Origin: Rebecca billardiae RCC1528
Lineage: Eukaryota > Protista > Haptophyta
Assembly (NCBI GenBank): GCA_965240325.2
Contig: OZ251238.1
Coordinates: forward strand, 1,054,001-1,118,000
Direction: 5' to 3'
Length of the DNA: 64,000 nt
Part shown: positions 13,015 to 23,394 of the stretch, piece after piece
Layout of the letters: every line of letters starts with the position of its first letter
Numbering within the stretch: position 1 is the first letter of the stretch
Notes under the pieces: generated by a model
What the model was told of the DNA's origin: nothing
What the model saw: only the letters and a program-made list of their open reading frames with translations
Databases searched by the model: none
Made by a program: the position numbers and the translations under genes

Positions 13015-14427
13015 CTACTGGTGTGATGATGTTATAAATGCCGACGACACGCCGCGCCGGGGAGCAAGACGAGCAAGCCTCTTGAAGGAGGGGTTCTTGC
13101 CCTCCGGGCAGCCGCCGCCGATGTTCTTGCTGTGCCGCGACGGGCACTGCGAGAGGTCCCGCACGCACGCGTGGAACCTGCGCATCGCCGCACCGTCCTT
13201 GATGTGGTGGTACGCCACGATGCGCTCGCGGACGAGCCTGAGCGCCATCGAGCGCGAGCGCGTGCGATGCCCAAACGCCGCGCGCTCGCCGAGCTCGAGC
13301 TCGTAGAGCAGCTGGTCGGGCTGCACGCGCATCAGGTTGTAGAAGTAGATGGTGCTGTTCCCGCTCGACTCTTGCGGCAGCCGGTGGCGGAAGAGCTTGC
13401 GCGTCGTGCAGTGCGAGCGCTCCGCGCCCGGCTCCAGCGCTTCCGCGCACGCGCGCTTGCAGCCGCGCGCCGGGTCGTCCCAGCCAAAGCTGGGACAGTA
13501 CGTGTGCTTCGCGTGCGGCGAGTCGACGCCGCAGTACGGCCAGATGAGCGAGTGCTCGCGGGAGCGCAGGCACCTGGGCTGCACGCGGCCCGCGAGCACG
13601 CCCGCCAGGCACACGTTGATCAGGTGGTCGTTGTTGTACAGCGCGCCCTCGTACGGCCGACGGTACATGCGCGTCGCATGCGGGCACGGGCCGTAATCCT
13701 TCTTGAACCCCGTCGCCTTCTTGCGGCGGTAGACGGGGTAGCACTTGACGGTGAGGTCGCGGCACGCGCTGATCACCGACTCCTGCGAGAGCACGCGCGC
13801 GAGCGCGCCGTTCATCAGCATGAACGGGCCGTGCGTCGGGCAGAACGAGTCCTTCTTATCGGCGGCGGCGGGGAAGAGCGTCGTGGGCACGTCGTCGCGC
13901 ACGAGCCGGCCCTGCTCGTACAGCACCTGGCTGAAGGTGGCCACGTTCCAGTAGGTGTCGTCGTCGGAGAACAGGTAGAAGCGCATCATCGGGAAGCGCT
14001 GCGTCGCCTCGCGCACCGCGTACTCGAGCTTGTACTGCGCGCTCGCGAGCGTCAAGCCGAGAGTCTCGTTCCCCGGGCAGCAGCTAGCGATCTGCGCGTC
14101 GTCGCGCACGCCTTTGGCGTGCTTGAGCGTGGGGTCGGACCAGCGTTGCGCCATCGCAGTGGTATCCACGTACACCACGAGCGACGGGCACCACTTCCCC
14201 CACGACTGCAGCACGCCCCAGCCGAACTGCTCGAAGCGCGCGTCGGACGACATCACCGCGACGGCGACCGAGGAGAGCAGTCCGGTGTAGTCGCGCTCGG
14301 CGAAGGCGAGGGTGGGCAGCGATGGTGGCAGGCTCGCGGTCGTGATCGCGCCCGCCGCCCAGCTCGCGCGCCACGGCGCGTTGGCGAGCACGCCAAGCGC
14401 GAGCACGGGGACGACTCGCGCGCGCAT
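13015..14427 (-). CDS. Fringe/GT31-like glycosyltransferase (secretory pathway)
   Basis: N-terminal hydrophobic anchor; 'VAVAVMS', 'SWGKW', 'RFYLFSDDDTYW' DxD motif, 'NNDHLINVCL'. Confidence 0.75.
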   Translation of the reverse strand: MRARVVPVLALGVLANAPWRASWAAGAITTASLPPSLPTLAFAERDYTGLLSSVAVAVMSSDARFEQFGWGVLQSWGKWCPSLVVYVDTTAMAQRWSDPTLKHAKGVRDDAQIASCCPGNETLGLTLASAQYKLEYAVREATQRFPMMRFYLFSDDDTYWNVATFSQVLYEQGRLVRDDVPTTLFPAAADKKDSFCPTHGPFMLMNGALARVLSQESVISACRDLTVKCYPVYRRKKATGFKKDYGPCPHATRMYRRPYEGALYNNDHLINVCLAGVLAGRVQPRCLRSREHSLIWPYCGVDSPHAKHTYCPSFGWDDPARGCKRACAEALEPGAERSHCTTRKLFRHRLPQESSGNSTIYFYNLMRVQPDQLLYELELGERAAFGHRTRSRSMALRLVRERIVAYHHIKDGAAMRRFHACVRDLSQCPSRHSKNIGGGCPEGKNPSFKRLARLAPRRGVSSAFITSSHQ

Positions 14428-14467
14428 GATTCCTCGTGGGTAAATGATGATGGATAAGCGCATGGTA

Positions 14468-15061
14468 CAGGTGGATACGGGCTAACTGTACACAGGGGCT
14501 ATCTGGACACTCAGCGGGCGGCGGGCCTCGTGGCGAGGGCTCGTGGGCGAACGAGCACGAGCGCCCACTGGCGGGTCGCCACGACGGCGCACGATGTTCG
14601 CTGAACTCACCTGGTCGTGAGACGTCGTCTGCGCACGCGCCAGGTCGCGCTTCTCGCCGCCTTCGCCTTGTTTCGTGAGTCCCGCGCACAAGGGCGAACG
14701 CCAGCGTTTCAAGCCGCAAGGCGCGTGCGCGGACTCAGGAAGGTCGGACTCCGAGGCAAGGCGCGGTTGCGCTGGCGTGGGTAGGTCCCAGAGCAACCGT
14801 CCGAGCCGCTGCACACGCTTTTCCTCCGCGCGCGCGTCTCTGAGCTCGATTCCCATGCCTCAGCCAGTGCCAGGGGCTAATTGGACAGTGCCATTGCGGC
14901 CGCCACGCGCGGAGACGGGCCCGCAGCGCAGAAAGCGCGCTGCGGCGGAACTCCAGGGACCCCCTGAAGTCCGTCCCTGGCGCCCCTTCGACCCCAATGC
15001 TCCCAGGGAGGCTTCCGCGTGAGTTGGGTCGGCCACTGTCCAGATCACCCGTATCCACCTG
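14468..15061. mobile_element. Non-autonomous Tc1/mariner-type MITE (594 bp)
   Basis: Perfect 14-bp TIR CAGGTGGATACGGG (14468-14481) / CCCGTATCCACCTG (15048-15061), flanked by TA on both sides. Repeated subterminal motif GGG(C/T)nAnnTGGACA. Confidence 0.85.
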
Positions 15062-15073
15062 TACGAGCCCCTA

Positions 15074-15191
15074 CAGTTTACTTAAGAATAAGAGACGCAC
15101 ACAGCTCAGGCAGGCGATATCACCGATTGTAGCCGCGCGCGCCGAATACTACTTGCCTGAGCTGTGTGCGTCTCTTATTCTTAGTAAACTG
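15074..15191. mobile_element. Miniature TA-flanked MITE (118 bp, TIRs of about 38 bp)
   Basis: CAGTTTACT(T)AAGAATAAGAGACGCACACAGCTCAGGCA at 15074-15112 and its reverse complement at 15154-15191 (one indel). TA on both sides. Confidence 0.85.
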
Positions 15192-15298
15192 TACGGTTAT
15201 TCACCGGTCAAACGATTAATATTGAGCTTTTCCGCGGACCGCGGTCGTGGCCCCGTGGTGTTGCCTGCGCGCTGCGGCGGCAGCCCCTGCGGCCAACG

Positions 15299-16588
15299 AT
15301 GGCTTACGAGCTCTCGCCGTCGCAGATCCTCTTCGTCGTCATGTGCGGCGCGAAGGTCGGCTGGAAGGCGCAGCTGGCGCACAGTACGTGGTGCAACGCC
15401 ACGAGCGCGCGCTGCGTCTTCGCCGCCGACACGCCCTTCCCCGACGCGAGCGGCGAGCCGTTCCCGGCGATGTTTGCACCCACCCCGTCGCGCGAGCCGA
15501 CCGTGAGCGCCTGCTGCAGCTCGATGCGGCGCGAGACGTCGAGCAAGAGCTTCTTCTGCCAGGAGCACCGCAAGGACACGCTCCTCGCGCAGTACCGCTT
15601 CCTCCCCGCCCTCGAGACCGCCAAGGCCGAGTACATCCGCAACGAGACCAAGTGGGTAGCTCTGGTCGACGACGATTCGTTCGTCTCGGTGCCCAACCTC
15701 GTGCGGCACCTGAGCACGCTCAACCCGGAACTGCCGCTGTACCTGGGCGATACGCACCCCACGCGCGACTTCTTCGCCTGCGGCGGCGGCGGCTCCATCT
15801 TCTCGATCGCGGCGATGCATCAGATGAACCTGACGCAGTGCGCGCGCGCGTCGGCTGAGGCGGCGCACTGCCTGCAGTCGGACTGGATGCTGGGCGAGTG
15901 CGCGCTGCGCTCGCGCGTGAGCTTCCTGCGCAACCTGAGCTGCTGGACCTGCGTGCCCGGGCACAACAACCGCGCCGGTGTCGAGCGCCCCTCCTACGAG
16001 TTCTTCTCGCGCTCGCGCTGCGCGTTCGCTCAGAAGCTGCTCGGCATCTCCAAGCTGCGGCCGACGCTGGACATGCCGCCGCTCGTGAAGACGCTGTCGA
16101 TGGGCGTGGCGATCGTGCACGGGATCCCGACGGACTGGCTGAGGCTGGCGTACGAGGACGCGATGGGCTGGTGGCGCAACGGCTCCGTCCTCCAGCCGCC
16201 GCCGCCGCCGGAGCCGCTGGACCTGAGCGAGCTCGGCGCGCCGCCTCGGCTGCCTGTTGCGGGCGCGGACGCGCCCGCGAACGAACGCCCATCGCCGTTC
16301 ACAGAGCCGCCGGCGCCGCCGGAGCCGGATGAGGACGACGCGCCTTGGCGCTCGATGCCCGCGCGTCCGGGGGTGCCCGTGCCTGCGCCTGCGCGCCTGA
16401 GCCGCGCTGAGCAGCGCAAGGCGGCCAAGGCGGCCAAGGCGGCGTCCACGCCGCGCGTGGGTGCGCCAAGGACGAGCCCGTCCAAGCGGGTGCACGTCGC
16501 GACGCGCAGCAACAGTGGTGGCGGTGGCGGCGGTGGTAGCGGCGGTGGCAGCGGCAGACACCGGCCGCGCCGATTGGTGGGCGGTTGA
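15299..16588 (+). CDS. Fringe/GT31-like glycosyltransferase
   Basis: 'ILFVVM', 'STW', 'KWVALVDDDSFVSVPNL..HLSTLNPELPLYLG', 'GGGGSIFS', 'SDWMLGECA' are typical Fringe/C1GalT motifs. Pro/Gly-rich tail. Confidence 0.85.
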   Translation: MAYELSPSQILFVVMCGAKVGWKAQLAHSTWCNATSARCVFAADTPFPDASGEPFPAMFAPTPSREPTVSACCSSMRRETSSKSFFCQEHRKDTLLAQYRFLPALETAKAEYIRNETKWVALVDDDSFVSVPNLVRHLSTLNPELPLYLGDTHPTRDFFACGGGGSIFSIAAMHQMNLTQCARASAEAAHCLQSDWMLGECALRSRVSFLRNLSCWTCVPGHNNRAGVERPSYEFFSRSRCAFAQKLLGISKLRPTLDMPPLVKTLSMGVAIVHGIPTDWLRLAYEDAMGWWRNGSVLQPPPPPEPLDLSELGAPPRLPVAGADAPANERPSPFTEPPAPPEPDEDDAPWRSMPARPGVPVPAPARLSRAEQRKAAKAAKAASTPRVGAPRTSPSKRVHVATRSNSGGGGGGGSGGGSGRHRPRRLVGG

Positions 16589-17129
16589 CATGCGCTGTGT
16601 GAAGACTACTGAACGGTCGTCACGCCACCGCGCCCGCGCCCCGCGGCACCGACGGCGCGACATTAATAATATATCAATCATATATATACTAGCTAATCAC
16701 CGCGACTGGGTCCGTCGGCGAAGTCTACTCAGAGTACTCTCGGCCGCGTCGGCGGGGGCGTGACTGGCGGCAATCCGGCATGTCAGACAATGACAATGTC
16801 GTCCCGGCGCGGCCACATTGATGACGACATTGTCAGGCTCACTCACACTGGCAAATGTCAGCACTGCAGCGGCAAAAGCCAGCCGCAGCGCTCGTCCAGC
16901 CCCAGGCTCTACCCCCATGTAGCCCTAGATCTTATCCCCTTCCCCCGGCCGCTCTGCACCTCCCCGGTGAAGAGAACTCGGTCGTGAACTCCTTCGCGAT
17001 CGGAGCGATTCTGATCTCTTCATGATCACTGATGCACTCACTGCACTGTGACTGGCGGATTGCCCGTTTGCCGGATCAAAGATCGTCCGGGTCGTGCTCG
17101 GTTGCATCACGTTCTGCATGAAAACGACG

Positions 17130-18311
17130 ATGGCGGACGGCGCCGCTGGCGAGGCGCGAAGGAAGCAGCAGAAGCCCGAGCTGACGACAGAGGAGGCTGC
17201 GCGCTTGGCGCTCGAGCACTTCGGTGTGCGCGTTGACGCGCACGCCCAGGTCACACAGCTCGACTCGTACGAAGATGCCAACTTCCGCCTGCGTGACGCG
17301 CACGCGCCCGGACACGACCTCACGCTCAAGGTGCACAACGGCGTGGACACGTCCACGCCGGCGCTGATCGAGGCGCAGGACGCGGCCATCCGCGCAGTCC
17401 GTGCGCACGGCATCTGGGCCCCGCATGCCCAACCGACGCTCGACGGCCGCGCGATGGCCACGGTCGAGCTACAGAACGGGCGCGGCGAGCGGCACACGCA
17501 CGCCATCCGCTTGCTTGAGTTTCGTCGGGCGAGGCTCCACGCGCAGCTCGAGCCGACGGTCGAGGTGTGCGCGGCGCTCGGCAGTGTCATTGCCAGGGTC
17601 GACCTCGCGCTCGCCACCGTCTGCACGCCCACGCAGGCCGCCGCGCAGCGCACGAGCGCGTGGGACCTGCGAAACTTCCGCGAAGCTGCGCTGCCGACGG
17701 CGCGCGCGCACGCGGCCGAGGCCGAGCTGCCACTGATCGACGCGGCGGCCTCGTGGTACGACGAGGGCGTGGTACCGGTCGCGGGCCGGCTGCGTGCGCA
17801 GGTGATCCACGCCGACCTCAACGACAACAACCTGCTCGTCTCGGAGGGCCGGAGCGCGGAGCCTCGGGCGGGCGCGGTGGGCGCGCCGGCCGCTGATGCT
17901 GAGGCGGCAGTCACGGCGGCGCCTGCGGGGGTGATCGATTTCGGCGATCTGATGTGGAGCTGGCGCGTGTGCGACCTGGCGGTGGCGCTGGCGTACGTAC
18001 TCATCCAGTGCCACTACGAGACCAACGTTGAGCGAGGCTCGCCTGCGCGCGCGTGGGCATGCTGCGCGGCCATGGCGGCTGGCTACGAGACGCATGCGCC
18101 GCTCGACGCAGCGGAATGGCGCGCGCTGCCGGGCCTGATCGCGGCGCGCGTCATCACGGCGCTGGGCGTCGGCACGTGCAGCGCGGCGCAGGAGCCTGCG
18201 AATGCGTACCTGCGGCTGGCGCTCGAGCCGTGCCAGCGCGTGCTGCGACTGCTCGCCGCCGCGCGCTCGGCCGAGGAAGTGGAGCGGTGCCTGCGCGGCC
18301 AAGCGCGATAA
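17130..18311 (+). CDS. Hydroxylysine kinase-like aminoglycoside phosphotransferase-family protein
   Basis: 'LDSYEDANF', 'LKVHN', 'WDL', catalytic 'IHADLNDNNLLV' and 'GVIDFGD'. Alternative ATG at 17118. Confidence 0.88.
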   Translation: MADGAAGEARRKQQKPELTTEEAARLALEHFGVRVDAHAQVTQLDSYEDANFRLRDAHAPGHDLTLKVHNGVDTSTPALIEAQDAAIRAVRAHGIWAPHAQPTLDGRAMATVELQNGRGERHTHAIRLLEFRRARLHAQLEPTVEVCAALGSVIARVDLALATVCTPTQAAAQRTSAWDLRNFREAALPTARAHAAEAELPLIDAAASWYDEGVVPVAGRLRAQVIHADLNDNNLLVSEGRSAEPRAGAVGAPAADAEAAVTAAPAGVIDFGDLMWSWRVCDLAVALAYVLIQCHYETNVERGSPARAWACCAAMAAGYETHAPLDAAEWRALPGLIAARVITALGVGTCSAAQEPANAYLRLALEPCQRVLRLLAAARSAEEVERCLRGQAR

Positions 18312-18876
18312 TAAGGCACTGCAAGGGCCGACCTGCGGTCCATTCGCGGCACTGTTTTCCTATCAAGCACGCTGTGGAGTGCCGGCCGGCCGTGACGGGC
18401 AGACGTGACATGAAGCCGCGCCGCCGCCCCGTCCGGGACCACGCCGCCGAGGCGGGCCGCTATGGTCACACAGGCGCCAGGTCTTCATCATTGTCGGCCT
18501 GTCTTGCCGGGGCCAGCCTGCACGGTAACCACGGCTGCTCAGTCGCAGCCGCGTGCATGCCGTTCTCGTTCACGTCGAGATGCACACGCGCCGGCCGCGT
18601 GTGCGAATACCCGCGGCCATCGTGCGCCGAAGCGGCAGATGGCTGATCGGCCATTGTCTTATGATCGTACCGTAACATAGTACATAGGCGCCATAAATCC
18701 GCCATTGCGCCAATGCTCAATCTTGGTCACTCCGATATCTACTTTAGTATCGATGGTTACCCGCATACCCAATGATCCATACTGTACCTACCAGCGAGGC
18801 GACCCCAACCGCCAATGTCGTGCGTTTTCTACAGGCGCGCGCGCGTGGGACCTGGGGCGCGCTCGCAACTTGCACG

Positions 18877-21387
18877 ATGCGGCTGAGCGGTCGCGTGGCG
18901 GCCCTCGCGGCGCTCGCGGCGGCGACCGGCGCGCAGGCGCAGGCGCAGCCGTGCTACGTGGGCCACGGCGCGCCGTTCAACAGGGAGGCCGCCGCCGCGC
19001 TGCCGCTGTGCGAGCCCGCGACCGCGGCGGTGCTGCGCGCATACACCGTCGTCAACTGGGTGGTGGGCCGCCAGCCGGTCGCATCGGCGGGCGCGACCAC
19101 CCACGCCGAGGGCGGTCTGGCGCACCACGCGGGGGTCGCGTCGCTCCCCGGCTCGCTCGCCCACCAGCGCCCGGCCGCCGCCGCCGCCGCCGCCGCGCCC
19201 GCGGCACCGCCCGCTCCGCTTCCGGTCGTGACGATCGTCTCGCATCGCGAGTTTATTCTCGGCTGCCACTCGTTCGACAAGTTCTTCTCCGAGCGCATGC
19301 CGGTGTACTTCGTGTTCTCGCGCGAGTTCGCCGACGGCTGGCGCATCCCGCACCTCGTCTCCGAGCACGCGCCGTCCACCGTGCAGCTGCTCATCACGCA
19401 GCGGCTGCCGGGCGAGATCCTTGCTCGCGGCCTGGTGACTTCGCTGATCGAGGCGACGCGCGGCGACGCGCCGGCGCCCGAGTTCCTCTTCTTCGCGCAC
19501 TGCGACATCCACGTGCTCCCGCCGCCGCTGCCGCGCGGCCTCCCCACGTACGAGGCCGCCATCGAGCAGCTCGCCGCCGACTTCCAGGCGGAGAAGCGGC
19601 TCCGGAAGCTCGGCCGGACAAACGTCAAGAATGACGGCACGTTCGCGCACGCGTGGCCTGACTTCTGGCGCGGCAACGAGACCTGCTACCACACGCCGGC
19701 GGCGGAGCGCGCGCGGATGCCGGTGTACGCGATGAACACGGTGCTGCTCGAGTCCGTGCGCGCGTGGTCGCACCTCGAGGGCTCCGTCTTCCACGGCGTC
19801 GACGTGGGCGGCTTCATGGCGCACGCGGGCCTTCGCACGGGCGCGCAGCCGCGCGCCGACACCAACGAGTCCACCTGGCTCTCGGACGCGGGGTCGTGGC
19901 TGGAGGACCACGCGATCATGTACGACTACGCGATGTACCGCCAGTTCCAGGCCGCCTTCCCCGTCGACAAGGCGGGCGACGTCCTCTTCCACAACGAGTT
20001 CATCCAGCCCGAGCTGCTGTGCCGGCTCGGCTGGACGGCGGTGCGCGACAACGAAGTCTTTCTGCACTACTCGACTCGGCTGGAGGACGACACGAACTTC
20101 CGCGAGAACAACCGGCTGCTGCTGCGGCAGAAGACGGAGGACATGGCGAAGCGCGACGGCCTCGCGCTGTACTCCGACGTCTACTCCCCCGTCGACATCG
20201 AGTGGCTGCGCTCGTTCCAGCTCGAGCTGCTGTATGCGCGCGTCTCGCCCGCGGCGCGCTTCCGCGAGCACACGGCCGCGACCGCGCTGCTCAAGTCGAG
20301 CAAGTTCGTCGAGTGGGGGAACAACGTGGTCGCGCTGTTCATCCGCGCGTCGATGCTGCCCGCGCGGCTGCTCTACGCCCCCGCGCACCGCGCCACCGTC
20401 GGCGACCTGATGGACGACGGCCTCGGCGCGCTCTTTGGCGTTGTCGGTTACGAGCTGGCGTCTTCCAAGGGCAAGCCCAAGCCGGTGAGCGGCTCGGGCT
20501 CGAAGACGAGCGACCTGATCTCGTTGCGGCGCACGGCGTACCCGCTCTCGCGGTACTTCCACGTGACGGTGAGCAACGCGCGGCACACCTCGTCGTACGG
20601 CGTGATCGGCGCCTCCACCCTCCCGCCGCCGCCGTGCCGCAAGCCCCTCGAGCCCTACAAGCACGGCGGCGACGTGGACGGCTGCACGCTGTTCCTTGCG
20701 CTCGAGCTGCCGGAGGAAGGGAAGGTGGTGGCGGTGTACGCGGCGAACTACAAGCAGCTCAACGTGCCGAAGCCGCGGCGGCACAAGCCGAGCGGCGGCT
20801 CGGTCGGCCGGATCGCCTCGCTCCTCTCCTCCGCCTCCTCCGCCTCAGGCTCCGGGCCCACCACGTCCGTCGCGCCGCGCACGCTGCGGCTGCCGCGCGG
20901 CGCGCGCGTTCTCAAGGTGGGATCCCCGATCGTCGGGCAGCCCGGTCGGTCGGCGTCGTCGGACAAGATGCTCGCGCTCGCGCACGAGCTGTGCTCGCGC
21001 TCGGGCGTGACCAACCTGCACCCGTCGCTGCCCAAGCTGCGCGACCTGTCGCTCTCGTCCGCGTCCGCGTCGCACAACATCTTCCTGCCAAAGGCCAACC
21101 AGACGTTGCACAGGCGGGTGCGGCTCCTGCCGGCGCTGCTGGGCACGTCGGAGTCGAGGCAGCCGTGGGCGCTGGGGATGGAGCAGGGCGTGCCGCCCGT
21201 GCCGCTGCGTGACATGTGCGGCATGCTCACCAACACGGTGCCGAGCAAGGCGCGGCTGAACAACGCGATGTGCTCGATGCACAAGGACGCGCCGCGCTGG
21301 GTGGGCGAGGGACCGACTGGCTCGCGCCAGTACATCTGCTGCAGCATGGAGCCGTGCCACCCGTGCGACATCCACGAGGCGGCGTGA
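18877..21387 (+). CDS. Large secreted hypothetical protein, possibly with a GT-A-like segment and Cys-rich C-terminus
   Basis: Long intronless ORF with host-like GC3 bias; signal peptide MRLSGRVAALAALAAATGAQA; 'FLFFAHCDIHV' strand plus DxH. Confidence 0.75.
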   Translation: MRLSGRVAALAALAAATGAQAQAQPCYVGHGAPFNREAAAALPLCEPATAAVLRAYTVVNWVVGRQPVASAGATTHAEGGLAHHAGVASLPGSLAHQRPAAAAAAAAPAAPPAPLPVVTIVSHREFILGCHSFDKFFSERMPVYFVFSREFADGWRIPHLVSEHAPSTVQLLITQRLPGEILARGLVTSLIEATRGDAPAPEFLFFAHCDIHVLPPPLPRGLPTYEAAIEQLAADFQAEKRLRKLGRTNVKNDGTFAHAWPDFWRGNETCYHTPAAERARMPVYAMNTVLLESVRAWSHLEGSVFHGVDVGGFMAHAGLRTGAQPRADTNESTWLSDAGSWLEDHAIMYDYAMYRQFQAAFPVDKAGDVLFHNEFIQPELLCRLGWTAVRDNEVFLHYSTRLEDDTNFRENNRLLLRQKTEDMAKRDGLALYSDVYSPVDIEWLRSFQLELLYARVSPAARFREHTAATALLKSSKFVEWGNNVVALFIRASMLPARLLYAPAHRATVGDLMDDGLGALFGVVGYELASSKGKPKPVSGSGSKTSDLISLRRTAYPLSRYFHVTVSNARHTSSYGVIGASTLPPPPCRKPLEPYKHGGDVDGCTLFLALELPEEGKVVAVYAANYKQLNVPKPRRHKPSGGSVGRIASLLSSASSASGSGPTTSVAPRTLRLPRGARVLKVGSPIVGQPGRSASSDKMLALAHELCSRSGVTNLHPSLPKLRDLSLSSASASHNIFLPKANQTLHRRVRLLPALLGTSESRQPWALGMEQGVPPVPLRDMCGMLTNTVPSKARLNNAMCSMHKDAPRWVGEGPTGSRQYICCSMEPCHPCDIHEAA

Positions 21388-21970
21388 GCGCGGCGGAGCA
21401 CCCCGCCGCCTGCGCGGCTCGCGTGCGCGCCGAGCGGCGCTGCGCATCCAGTCTTGCACACGGGTGGGCGCCGGAGCGCCCAAGCGCACCGCGAGCGGTC
21501 GGCGCGGTGGGGCGGCCCCCGGCTGGGGCCAAGCGTAGCGGGCACGCGCGACTCTGCCAGGCGAGCCCGGCGCCGCGACGTCAGCCGGCGATCGCACGTC
21601 GACCCATCGGCCGGCAGGCGAGGCCGGTCAGCATTGATGAGACTCATCAGTGGCGCGCGTGGACCCGCCGTCCGCGGACTCAGCCGGCGTCGACGGTCGC
21701 CGTCGGCCGTCGCCTCCGGCTCCGTCACTCTGACTCGTTACCACTACCAGCCGAACGAACCGAGGCGTCCAACCGCCGCGCGCCCGGGCGGGCCGGTTCG
21801 AGGCCGGGCCCGACCCGCTGGTCCCGCCGGCCTAGAGGGGTCAGCTAGAGCCCCACTGGGGGGTGCGTGGCCCAAAAATCCCAAAATCCAACTGCTGATG
21901 ACTACTGAGTCCCAGTGTCGTCAATTGAGAAGTGACTCAGTGAGGCTCTCCGAACTTCGGGATGTCAATA

Positions 21971-22664
21971 TATTGGGTAAACGCGAGCTCCGAGCGTCTC
22001 GAGCCCTGCTAAGAGCTCACCGGCACGTCCTCGGGCGCGTCGTCGGTGACGCCCACGAAGGCAATCTCGACCCTCGCTCCTCTGACGAGCAAAGCTAACC
22101 TCCCGCCGAGCTCTTTTCGGCTCCGGCGGGGTGACCCGGCGTTTGCTGGCCCGGCTCGGGGAATCTCAATGATTCCGAGCCGCACGCCCCGTGCGTCAAC
22201 CAATCACAGGTGTTCCCGACGCACCGCCGTAACTGCTGGTCGCACACGGTTTCTGGATCCGTGTACCCGTTGAATCCGGACGTCCTCGTCCGTGATGAAT
22301 TTCTGGATGAAACGGTCGTGTTTGCGTTCTCGAGAACTCCAACACGCTTCCACGATGGCGGCCGAGCCATGCCCGTGCGACGTCACCGTGCCGCGCTGCG
22401 CCGGGCCGTACCGCCCGCGCACGCGCCGCGTCCGTGTCGCTCCGCGTCCGCGCTGCCGCGTCCGCGCTCCGCGTCCACGTCGATCCGCGCCAGCGCTGCT
22501 GCGCTCGCGCTCCTGCCGCCGCGCGCGCCGCGCGCGCGCGCCGCCAGAGCCAGCCACTGCTCTGTAGCTGATGCCGCCGGCCCGCCTGGTGCGGCGCCGG
22601 CCCTGACGTCCCAGCGGCGACGCCATCTGCTGAGATGCGCGCCCCAGGCTGCGTCAGCTCAACA
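21971..22664 (-). repeat. Extra (outer) 3' LTR copy
   Basis: 694 bp, appears identical by eye to 22665-23358 and abuts it with no spacer. Confidence 0.95.
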
Positions 22665-23358
22665 TATTGGGTAAACGCGAGCTCCGAGCGTCTCGAGCCC
22701 TGCTAAGAGCTCACCGGCACGTCCTCGGGCGCGTCGTCGGTGACGCCCACGAAGGCAATCTCGACCCTCGCTCCTCTGACGAGCAAAGCTAACCTCCCGC
22801 CGAGCTCTTTTCGGCTCCGGCGGGGTGACCCGGCGTTTGCTGGCCCGGCTCGGGGAATCTCAATGATTCCGAGCCGCACGCCCCGTGCGTCAACCAATCA
22901 CAGGTGTTCCCGACGCACCGCCGTAACTGCTGGTCGCACACGGTTTCTGGATCCGTGTACCCGTTGAATCCGGACGTCCTCGTCCGTGATGAATTTCTGG
23001 ATGAAACGGTCGTGTTTGCGTTCTCGAGAACTCCAACACGCTTCCACGATGGCGGCCGAGCCATGCCCGTGCGACGTCACCGTGCCGCGCTGCGCCGGGC
23101 CGTACCGCCCGCGCACGCGCCGCGTCCGTGTCGCTCCGCGTCCGCGCTGCCGCGTCCGCGCTCCGCGTCCACGTCGATCCGCGCCAGCGCTGCTGCGCTC
23201 GCGCTCCTGCCGCCGCGCGCGCCGCGCGCGCGCGCCGCCAGAGCCAGCCACTGCTCTGTAGCTGATGCCGCCGGCCCGCCTGGTGCGGCGCCGGCCCTGA
23301 CGTCCCAGCGGCGACGCCATCTGCTGAGATGCGCGCCCCAGGCTGCGTCAGCTCAACA
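22665..23358 (-). repeat. 3' LTR
   Basis: Begins TGTTG on the - strand immediately after the G-rich PPT (23359-23368). Confidence 0.95.
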
Positions 23359-23394
23359 CCCCCCCTCGACAGCCATAGCCGCGAGCTGCGCCGC

